From positions 15,068,001 to 15,132,000 of the forward strand of contig CM052818.1 in NCBI GenBank assembly GCA_028534125.1: a DNA stretch of 64,000 nucleotides. The letters run 5' to 3'. Position numbers and translations under genes: made by a program. Positions 52,425-64,000 of the stretch are shown piece after piece; positions within the stretch are counted from its first letter, which is position 1, and every line of letters begins with the position of its first letter. This stretch comes from Lama glama. Its lineage: Eukaryota. The notes beneath the pieces were generated by a model. The model did no database searches. It worked only from the letters and a program-made list of their open reading frames with translations, and was not told the DNA's origin.

Positions 52425-53499
52425 ACTGGTAGGTTTTGATGAATGAACTGAGCATGAGCGTCTCAGCCCCGTCCTCCACCTCTCGTCTGCCTTCTACCTG
52501 CCCACAGAGGGTTTGCATTCTCTCTGACAGGCCCCCATGGGATGGGTGTCCCCCAGGAGTCCAGGGCTGCCAGCGCCTGGGTGACGTGTGTTCTCTTCTC
52601 TTGTCTGGTATTGGTGAGTCCGTTGTGCTGTATACCTAAGATCTATCCTTTTACGTAGGCTTTATGAGTAATAAAGCTGATAACTCCATATTCATCTGCC
52701 TGACATCTGTGTCTATGTCTTAATTGGTCTGAACTAGGCCTGGAAAAGGGAGTGCTATTTATGAACTCTTCAGACCTCAACAGTATCCTTCAAAAAGTCC
52801 ATCAGGTCCTTTTGATTCCCTAGTCTAGGTTTCTCCTAAATTCAGTCCCCCCGCTGGCCTTCCTGACACTACCTTGGTGTAGGCTTTCGGTAGTACCGTG
52901 GTAGCCTTCAAACTGTTGTCATTGCCAATAGTCCTGCCTCTATTTCAGCCTTCCCCCTCTACCCCTTCCTGCATCCTGCAGATATGATCCTGACACCTCC
53001 CTCCCTGCGATCCTTTAATGACTCCCCTGTGACTCCAGGACATTTAATTCCTTGGTGTAGAATGCAAGACTCTCAAGATCTGGTTGCCGCTTTCCCTTCT
53101 TGGTCATTTGTCTTCCTCAGGAAGCCTCTATTCCCACCAGTTAGAGCTGGTTGTTATATTCTTGGACATAGCAGGTTCTTTATTTCCACCTTGGCTTTGC
53201 AGGTACCTTTTCCTCACTGTACACTGCTTCCTCCGCTCTACCTGGCTGCCATCAGTTCTCAAGCCACTGGCCTAAGGGTTGTCTCCCTAGAAAGCTTTCC
53301 TTTGACCATCAGTCCCATTCTTCTTTCAGCTTGCCTTGCAGAGCTGCTGGTATTTGTCCTCGTCTGTCTGTCCTACCGGACAATGAGCATCTATAGTACT
53401 GAGCCCTAAGTTCCAGTTTTTTGTCCTCAGGAGGAGTCATGCATTCATACCTTCTTGGCTCTAGCTGATGAACAGACAAATGACAGAAAAGGAAACCTG

Positions 53500-54295
53500 A
53501 GTAGTTGAATAAACTTATGAAAAGCAGCTCAACTTCACTAGTGATAAGGAAATATTCAAACTGAAACTACAATTGGATACCATTTCATACTTTTCAGAGT
53601 GACAAACATTAAAAAGTCTGATAAAATCAAGTGGTGGCAGAGATGTGGGCAACAGTTCCTGCCATGCACTGGTGATGGGAGCAGCAACTAGAATAATTAC
53701 TTTGGAGCAATTCTAGAAGAGCTAGTAAATCTGAAGATGTGAGCGTGTTATGACCCAACAATTCTGCTTCTAGCTATAGACTCTGGACAAATTCTTGCAC
53801 AAGAAGAAAAGTACATATATGTTCACTGCAGCATTATTTATAATAATAAAAGTCAAAGGTGATTTAAATGCTCATCAAGAAAAGAACAGACAATAAATCA
53901 TGATGTGTGCATGAAGTGAGATGTTATATAGCACAGATAAACAAGCTAGAGCTAAAGTTATCAACATGACAAACTCCATATGCTCACTATAGTGAGTGAA
54001 AAATCACATTGTAAAAGATACTTACAGTATACCATTTACTTAAATGTTAAATAAGCATGCACAACAATATCATAGATTGTTAAGTACACTAACATATGTA
54101 GAAATGATGTAAAGGGATGCTTGTGAATGATAAACACCGAATTCAGGTTTATGGTCATCTCTGGGAGACAAGAGGGAAATGAACATAGGAGCGTAACTGT
54201 ATGAAACGTTTTATTCTTAAGCTGGGTAGTAGGGACATAGGTGTTCACTCTGTTATTCTTAATTATTCTATTATTTCTTGTACTTCTTTTTTTCA
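53500..54295 (+). mobile_element. Old L1 (L1ME-type) 3' region
   Basis: CTCAACTTCACTAGTGATAAGGAAAT...TATGACCCAACAATTCTGCTTCTAG...TGTTCACTGCAGCATTATTTATAATA. Confidence 0.75.
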
Positions 54296-54694
54296 AATGA
54301 GCAAATTTTTCATCACTAAAAGAATTTTTGAGAGGCCCAAGTTTTGGAATTGGACTTGAATTCAAATTTTTGTCCTCTTTACTAGCATGATTTGACTACG
54401 TTTTTCAGGATCACTGTTAAGCAGACTGAAGAGCATCAAACAAAAAAGCAGGAAGAGTAGATAGGAGGCTTTTGTGGGCATCAAGGTAATTCTCAGGTTT
54501 CCCATCTATAAAATGGGGATAGTAATTCCTTATTCCACAGGGTTGTGTTAAGGTCAAATGAGATAACTCAGTTCAAGTAGATAGCTCAGTGTCTAGCACC
54601 TGTATTGAACATTCAGTTACTATTATCTGTGGTAAATCTAGAAGGCTCTTGATACACGCTTACTAAATTTCAAATGAAATAATATTAGTTGTTG

Positions 54695-55012
54695 TAGGCG
54701 AGTGGGGGAAACAGGTGAAGGTGATCAAAAGCTACAAACCTCCAGTTATGAGATAAGTCAGTTCTGGGGATGTAATATCTACCATGGCGACTATATTTGG
54801 CATATTGTATATTTAAAGGTTGCTAAGTGAGTGGATCTTAAAAGTTCTCATCACAAGAAAAAAAATTGTGTTCATATAAGGTGATAGATGTGGACTGGAC
54901 TTATTGTGGTGATCATTTCAAAATATATACATATAGCAAATCATTGTGTTGTACACCTTAAACATATACAATGTTATGTGTCAATTATATTCTCAATAAA
55001 ACTGGAAAAAAA
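54695..55012 (+). mobile_element. L1MA9-like 3' end
   Basis: TACAAACCTCCAGTTATGAGATAAG...GATCTTAAAAGTTCTCATCACAAG...TCAATAAAACTGGAAAAAA. Confidence 0.85.
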
Positions 55013-55300
55013 GAAATGATGTCAGTTATCAACAGCAAATAGGTCATCAGTTCTTTTCCTGCCTACCAGATTTCTCAAAGCCTCAACCCAAGAGTTGAAT
55101 GCTGCATTCAATTTTTCATGTTTACTGTTTAATTATGTCTTGTCTTTAGGTCATGACTACACAGGTCAATATTTGTCTTTAAGGCTGGGTTAATGTCCTT
55201 GACTTGTTAGATAATTTAAGTAATTGAGGTGCTCTAGGCAGGACCTGTCTGAATACATGGTTTGTGCACCACAGAAGAGAGTCTTGACATGTTAAATGTC

Positions 55301-55343
55301 CTCTCTCCCTCTCTCTCTCCCTGTCTTTCTGTCTGTCTGTCTG

Positions 55344-55375
<32 letters not shown>
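55301..55375. repeat. Compound (TC)n/(TCTG)n/(CA)n microsatellite
   Basis: Seen directly in the sequence. Confidence 0.9.
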
Positions 55376-56251
55376 TGAAGTCCATCCTACACTTTGCATT
55401 ACTCTTCTCACTTCAAGTTTTTTAGTGGCTTCAGGTTACTACAAGCTGAGCGCTGCAAAGTGAATGCCCTCGGCCTGCATCATCCTATCACCCATGCTGG
55501 CCTCCCCTTCCCACCTTTCTCTGCTCCAGCAAAACCGAGCGATGTGTTGTCTCCCCTCAACACCTGCGCTGTTCCATCAACAGCCAGGTGTTAGGACAGC
55601 CTTGGGATGTGCAGGCCTCCTCATCAGTCTGACCTCCCAGGGGGAGATGGAACAACCCAGGAACCCAGGGAAGATCCCCCATGTCTGCTGCAGAGGAGAA
55701 TAATGTAACGAGCAGTGCGGTAGAAACCAGGCAGACATCAGAAAGCTGGGACAGAGTCAGACAATGTGCTGGATCTTTTGATAATTCCCTCCTACCATTT
55801 AATTGAATAATACCTGTAAAATCAATTATGAACACCATGACTTAGTTTTCTAATTAATTAAAACTACTTGGAGGATCTAAAAGTCTTAGTAAACAAATCT
55901 ATCTGTTGCAAACCTTGCTCAAATATTCTGCAGCTGGAATTCCAGGGTTCAAATTCCCAGCTCTGCCTCTGCACAGAGACGTTAGTAACTTGTGACCTCT
56001 GGTAAATCACTTCACCTCTGTGCCTCTTTAAATGGGAGGAATAATAGTGCCTATTTCATAGGTTCATTGTGAAGATTAAGTGATTGATTATGTGGAATCT
56101 TAAGTGAAGATTACATATAAGTCAAATAGTGCCTAATAATAGAAAATGTGCAATAATTATTAGCCATTATTCTCTGCCTAATCTGACTGGACCAGAAGAA
56201 GTCTTTTGTGTCTTCATATAAGTTGTTCAGATTTTTAAAACACAAGCATGA

Positions 56252-56372
56252 ACACTATGGTAGTAACCATTTTGCAATGTATCAGAGTATTGAATCAACC
56301 CTGTACACCTTAAATTAGCATAATATTACATGTCAAATTTTATCCCAGTAAAGCTGAGAACAATAAACAATA
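56252..56372 (+). mobile_element. Short L1MA 3' end with perfect 15-bp TSD
   Basis: TSD AAAACACAAGCATGA at 56237-56251 and 56373-56387, at a TTTT/AAAA L1 endonuclease site. Confidence 0.88.
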
Positions 56373-57986
56373 AAAACACAAGCATGATTTGACTCTGTTT
56401 TAACAGGATTACTGTTAAATGGACTGAAGAGGATCATAAGAGAAAGGAAGACCAGATAGGAGGCTTTAATGGGAGTGAAGGTGAAAGATTATGGTGGTTT
56501 GAACAAGGTGGTAACACTTGAGGTGGTAAGAGATCTACACAACACCTACTAAACAATGCGTGCTTTCTGGTACCCATCTTTATCATAAAGCGAGTGCCTT
56601 TGTATGTGTGTTGTGTGCATGCATGTGTGTATGTATATCTCTGAGCTCTAGTCTATTCAGTTTATCTATATATTTCTTCCTCTGTGAGCACTATATTATT
56701 TTTATCATGAGGATATCATGAAGATAAACAAAATGTACAATTCCAGGACCTTAGCAAAATAACAAGTAGGAATAAACATTTGTCCAATTATAATTACATC
56801 AAACGACATTCTCAATCACAGTATCCTTCTTACTGGTAGTGATAAACAGCAGCAAAAGAATACTAATCTTTCAGCTTATATATATTCTCAGCATAGTAAT
56901 TCAAAAGCAGATGTAAGTACCTTAATTCCTTCAATGTTTAAATTCATTACACTGCAATGAAATACCATGTTTTTATTTTTTTTATAATATACAGTTGCCT
57001 TTACTGATAATATGAATATTAACATACTGTTTTCAATTTTGTTCATATATTGCATATATTAATTTAATGCAAGGCAAGATTTAGAATTATTTATCAATAG
57101 TAAAATTCACTAGGTATCTAAATATTTAAACACAAGACTGTAAAAGGAATCTGTTTTCAATTTCGTTTACTTACATATTCTCTCACATGAAAGGATACAG
57201 AAATCCATTAGTTTTTAACCAACTCAGAATTACAGTTTTTCAGATTTAAAAATGATCATCCATTTATATAGATTTACAGAAGAGAATAACTGTGAGTTTC
57301 TTTGAACTATTCAAATAACAGTTTATACATTCACATTACTTTTTAGTAAGTACAAATGTTCAAACTTGCTAATAATTTAAAAAAACCTCTAATAATACTA
57401 TTTTTCTACCTAATAAAATACCGAGGAATGTCATTTCTAGTAGTGAACAGTTCAACGAAAATACTGGCATAATAATTTGTTTGTAGACCATTCATAAGAA
57501 CACTCACACAAATTCCTTCTCAGGGGTGCAATATTCTTCTGTTGAGGAGTTTGAAGCTTTCCAAGGAAAAGAGTAAGTTGTATGCCCAAGATGTCTCTTG
57601 AAAAATTAGAAGCGGCATAGTGGGACAAAACTAAGGAAATAATTACTTAAATTATGGTGTGTCCACCTGGTGAAATGCTGGGCAGCCATTGAAATTTGAA
57701 GACTATACAGCATATGAAAAATATTTATGCTACTGAATAAAGAAGGAAAAATCTATAAAAATTGAACAAATACAAAGATCTTGACTATATGTTTAAAAAT
57801 AACAAGTAAGAAATGGAAATTAATAGTTACTATGGTGGTGAGATCATGGGAGAATCCTCCATTCTCCAGATTTCCTGTGATCGTAATAATAATAGCCATA
57901 AGAATGTCTTGAATATCTGCTTTTGTGCTAGGCACTGTACTAGACACTTTGTCCACATGACATCTAATCTTTACAGCAACCTATAT

Positions 57987-58511
57987 CAATGCTTCTCAAG
58001 CTTTAGTGAGCATTAGAATCCTCTGGAAGGCTTGTTAAATTACAGATTGCTGGGTTCAGTCTTTAGACTTCTGGTTTAGCATTTCTAACAAATTCTTAAA
58101 AATGTTGATGCTACTGGTCCAGTGCTGTAGACTGATTGTATTCCCCTCTCAGTATTCATATGCTAAAATCCTAATCTCCAATGTGGTGCTCTTAGGAAGT
58201 GGGGTCTTTGAGAAATGACTAGGTCATGAGGGCAGCACCTTCAAGAATGGGATTAGCACCCTCGTGAAAGGGTCCTAGGGAGCTCCCTTGCCCCTTCCTC
58301 CATGTGAAGACACACCAAAAAGACGACTGTTTGTGAACTAGGAAGTGGGTCTTCTCCAGACACCAAATCTGCAGCTGCCTTGATCTTGGACTTCTCAGTT
58401 TCCAGAGCTGTGAGAAATAAATTTCTGTTGCTTATGAGCCATCCAGCCTGTGGTTCTCTGTTACAGCAGCTTGAACAGAGACATCCAGGGTCTACACTTT
58501 TAGAACAACTG
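57987..58511. mobile_element. MER5-type hAT MITE, inserted in a MIR and split by an MLT1A LTR
   Basis: Termini CAATGCTTCTCAAG and TTTAGAACAACTG. MIR sequence lies on both sides (about 57890-57985 and 58520-58630). Confidence 0.75.
58123..58483 (+). mobile_element. MLT1A-type solo LTR with 5-bp TSD
   Basis: TG...CA termini, TSD TCCAG at 58118-58122 and 58484-58488, and GCCTTGATCTTGGACTTCTCAG..GTGAGAAATAAATTTCTGTTG. Confidence 0.9.
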
Positions 58512-59339
58512 ATATAAACCACAGTCATTCCCCCTGTTTTACAAGTGAGAAAATTGAGAGTTAGAGATTAAATAACAAAGCTAGTACGTTGCAGGGTCAG
58601 GATTTAACCATAAGTTTGTCTAACTCCAAAGTATGTCTTTTTTGATCTATGCTTTACTTGTTCTTTAAGTAAGATCCTGTTGCTCAACCACAAAGTTATT
58701 TTTTCAGGGTCATCCACCCAGGGTGCTGCACAACTAGGTGACTGGTCACTAGGGGGCTTCTGAAGATGGCATATACCTGGAGGAACCAGAGGCTGGCTCA
58801 GTTCAGAAATTGAGATCTTCTTGGTATTCCTGAGTTGACACAACTTCAGGGAGATCCTGTGCATGAAAAGAAAGCTCTCAACAGGCTGATGTATAAAGTG
58901 AGAATGCCAGCTTAATAATTTACTATGAGAAATGTAATTACCATGGGACCAGAAATTCCTGGTTGGCCTGACCAGGCGTGCTTTCCCTGGAGACATGTTA
59001 TGTGCATGAGAAACTAAATTATCAGAAGGTTGCTTCGTGACCATGGAAACAAGACTAGCGGACTTAATATGACTCAAATATTTCATGTCATTAGCTCTGT
59101 TGGCATATCTCAGTGCATATGTTTCCAGAAAGGAGACAGCACATCAGGTGGATTGGTATTCAAGTTGGACCAACCAAGTGCTTCACTGGACCCTGGATGC
59201 TTCTGAAATGGGCCCATGCCATGGACTACTAGGAGTCCCCCTCCCCCATGTTTCTAACACCAGTTTGCCTCCTTTCAGATTCATTTTGTTGTCTAAATAG
59301 CTTCAACCTGGTGAAAATCAAGACTTGTAGGTCTGGGAC

Positions 59340-59690
59340 TGTTATGGGTTGAATGATTGTGTCCTCCCCAGATTCTTATGTTGAATCCTAACCCCCAAGG
59401 TGATGATGTTAGAAGGTGGGGGCTTTGGGAGGTGATTAGGTTATGAGGGTGGTGTCCTCATGAGTGGGATTAGTGCCTTTATAAGAGAGGTCCTAGAGGG
59501 GTTCCTTGCCCTTCTGCCATGTGAAGTCACAATGAGAAGACATCCATCTTTAAGGAGGTAGACCCTTACCAGACACTGAATCTGCTGGCACCTTGATCTT
59601 GGACTTCTCAGCCCTCAGAACTGTGAGAAATAAGTTTCTGTTGTTTATAAGCCACCCAGTTTATGGTATTTTTGTTATAGCAGTCTTAAA
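59340..59690 (+). mobile_element. MLT1A-type solo LTR
   Basis: TGTTATGGGTTGAATG...GGGATTAGTGCCTTTATAAGAGAG...TTTATAAGCCACCCAGTTTATGGTATTTT. Confidence 0.88.
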
Positions 59691-59910
59691 AAAACTGTTA
59701 GGGAACCATTTCCCTCTTTAAGGTGAACTTATGTTTGTCTACCCTGATCTATTTTTATTTATAATTAAAGTTTCATTCTTAAGGGCAGTCTTACTTTTAT
59801 CAGCAACAGCTTGATTTTTGGATTGCATAAGTAAATTCATGGAGATACTGGTTTTCTTGGCTTTATGGATGTGAGCCTCAAAGTTTAGAGAAAAGATAGA
59901 GAAGGGATTA

Positions 59911-61170
<1,260 letters not shown>

Positions 61171-64000
61171 TCCTATAGACAATGTCCTATAGATGTGTTT
61201 AGGTTACTTGCAAGAAGGGACTCTAATATATTCTAATATATTCCATTCACTGACAATATAAACAGTAATGTTATATTGCTTTTTTGACAGTACGTAGACA
61301 AACACTTTACATTACCAGTCTTGATGAGAGTTAACTAGGACCTGTCCATTATGATCATGATCAAGAGGGTTGTTGGGTTATTCACAGTCACGTGGATTTA
61401 AGAGCCTAAACTGTTTACATTCAAATCACTTATGAGATGTGTGACCCTAGGTAAGTTACTTAGTCTCTCTGCACTCATTTACAAAATAGAGACAATGAGA
61501 GAGTATCATCTAACAGGCTTGTTAAGAGGCTTAATGCACTTAGAACCCTGCTTGACACCTAATAAGGACAATATGAGTGTCCATTAAGTGAAATGACTAA
61601 ATGACTTCATTAAGTTAAAAAAAAATAGCAGCTGGAGAAGTTTGGGTAAGCTTTGGTGACTTCTCTTGGAGCTGGTCCATAAGCCTGCTTTCTACTTTAT
61701 CTCTTCCTAAGGCTGACTGGCTAGTGAGCACTTAATAGCTGACCCCTGTCTAGGAAGGCTACTTTCTCAGGGAGTTCCTCACACATTCCCCTGTAGGTGA
61801 CAGAACCCCAATACCATTGGTGTAATGCTTTACAGAGTGTCTCTATCCGTTGTCTCTGGTCCATGGTGGTTGAGAGTTACAGATCTTCCCTCTGAGAAGA
61901 TAGTTCCTTGGTTAGTATGGACCAATGCAGGTGTGTGTCTCCAGGTTGCATTAATTTTTTCTTCTAGGAATAGTTAGAAATTACCTCTTCCTGGGAGAGG
62001 ACACTGGCGAATATATGTGTGACAGCGTCTCTGATGCTTTTGCAATCCGTATTTGTTCAGAGAAAAGGCTTCACTTTGTTGGCTCCTATTTGGAGGAACT
62101 TTGAGAGTTTCAATTTCAGGACATTCCAGTTTAGAAGTTTCTTTAATTTGTTGTGCTTCCCTTTATGCCTAGAACTGCATTTTTAATATCTATGCAGATG
62201 GTGTGTAAACAGTCAAGAATTTTACACCCACAGTTTGCTTGGTGTGCTGGTAGGGCATTTCTTCAGTGTATAGATTTTCTTCATTCTGATTATGACATAA
62301 CTGCTAGATTTCATCAAACGACTTGGAGGAATTTGAGTATATCCTACCTCTTTTTACACCTTAAGCAGAAGTTTCCGGCTCTTATTGCCTGCAATTTGAT
62401 GTGTATTTCTTTTTTTCTCTCAACCAAATCTTGCAAAATTTTCTATAGATATTTCATTAAGGGGAAACAGACATTTAGGTTCTATGTGACAATTGAACTT
62501 ACACCAAATTATGCTCAAGGTCTTTGAGTACTAATGTGTTCTGAATGATAAAATAGAGAGTTTTTGTTTGTTTGTGTTGTTTTGCTTTGTTTTTGTTGTA
62601 ACAGAGAATAAGGTTGCATGGTTTTAGCTCAGGTCTTTTGGATGAGGCTTTGGCTTGGGACCCAGGTGCACACTGGCCAACCTACTGATGAAACAGATTA
62701 GAATTTCTAAGGTAAAGTTTTTCACAAATGTGAAGAGTTAACCTTGTATAATCCCTGCTATTATTATCAGTCTTTTCAAAGACAAATATTTATTAACAAA
62801 TATATATTAAATACTCATTCTTTACCTAGCATTGCACTTGCTTCTGTGAGGGATACAAGACATGTAAGACATGGCTCTTGTCCTGAAGAAGCTTAAAAAT
62901 CCAGGTATAGATATCGAACAAGTATGCACAGATAAATTTTATGCAGAGCTATGTGCTTGAGGAGAAAAGTTTTTTTTCCCCCCCATTTCTGGCTTTTTTG
63001 AGGTGAAAATTTTCTGAGCACACTCCAGGCTTCTCTCTCCCTTTTATTCACTCCACCCCCATGGAGGGGAGGAGTGACCCATGTGACTGGTGAAACATAC
63101 TCTAGATGGTTCCATCCTTCTTTCTCCTCTTGGGAACTAGTTTGTTCACAGATAGCGTGGGCTCTCCCAAATGCTTCTCTTCCTAAGTGTATTTTTAACC
63201 TGGGCACGTTTGTACCCCTTGCCCAGGTCCTGGGCAGCCTAGACTGGGAGAAAATCTGCCTAAATAAATCTAGGGGTTAGTCTTAGCAAAAGTACTTGGT
63301 AATAAAGTTGGTGTTTTGGCTTCCATATTTATTCTTTTATTTAAATCTCAGTTTTTACAGAAACCACGTTAGGAAGAGCCCTGAGTAGTATATGATGCCG
63401 TGGCTAACATCCATGGTAAATCAGTGTCGGCTGTATGTGGCTGGGGAAGACTTCGTGAAGACTCACTGGAGTTAGATCTTGAATGACTAGGGTTTGGAAT
63501 CAGAAAGAAGATTTGAACTCTTTTCAGTCTCATTTGCAATCTCTTTAACTTTTAGACTAATGTAGTAAGGAAAAATAATAATGATTTTCTGATTGCAGAT
63601 GACCTCCTGGGGTCAGGAAAAGGATTTTCATGAACATCACAAAGGAAAAGGAACTGAGAGTTGAATGCCTGATTTTTGTAATTTCCCAGGTTTGTAGATA
63701 GAAGCAAATTATGTTCCTGAACGGCTGAACTGCAAAACCGTTTTTAAAGACGTGTCATTTGCCCAAACCCACTAGTCAACTCATCCAAATTCTTAGAGAA
63801 ATGGCTCCGTCTGCCAGAGGACACGATACCTTCAGGTTCTACCGGTTGAGAGCAGGAGGGGTAGGAGGCCGCCTCCTAGAACCACTCAACATCTTCAGTG
63901 CTTCCCACCTTTCCAGGGTCTTTGGGACGGACACTGAAAATCAGTTGCCAAATATGAATCACAGCCATCGGAAGACATGTTTGAAGGTGGCTCCTCTGCC

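Overview
This is mammalian nuclear DNA, probably camelid (inferred from a Vic-1-like tRNA-derived SINE). It is AT-rich and dominated by transposable elements, with one 500-N assembly gap at 15311-15810. The only supported protein-coding sequence is the terminal SOCS-box exon of ASB3 (8200-8405, + strand). It is preceded by intron and followed by a 3' UTR and about 54 kb of intergenic DNA. That DNA holds a decayed full-length LINE-1, several rearranged or truncated L1 copies, L2/MIR relics, hAT and Tigger DNA transposons, MaLR/ERVL/ERV1 LTRs and an RPL12 processed pseudogene. I found no evidence of a novel multi-gene system, CRISPR array or RNA gene. The interesting signals are mechanistic footprints: (1) an RPL12 retrocopy that is complete at the 5' end, truncated at the 3' end and lacks its ATG; (2) an L1 that keeps both ends but has lost ORF2; (3) an L1 with an internal inversion; (4) an L1 insertion with a target duplication of about 54 bp; (5) an apparent locally templated insertion; (6) several nested insertions. 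Repeat subfamily names come from my recollection of consensus sequences and need RepeatMasker/Dfam confirmation.
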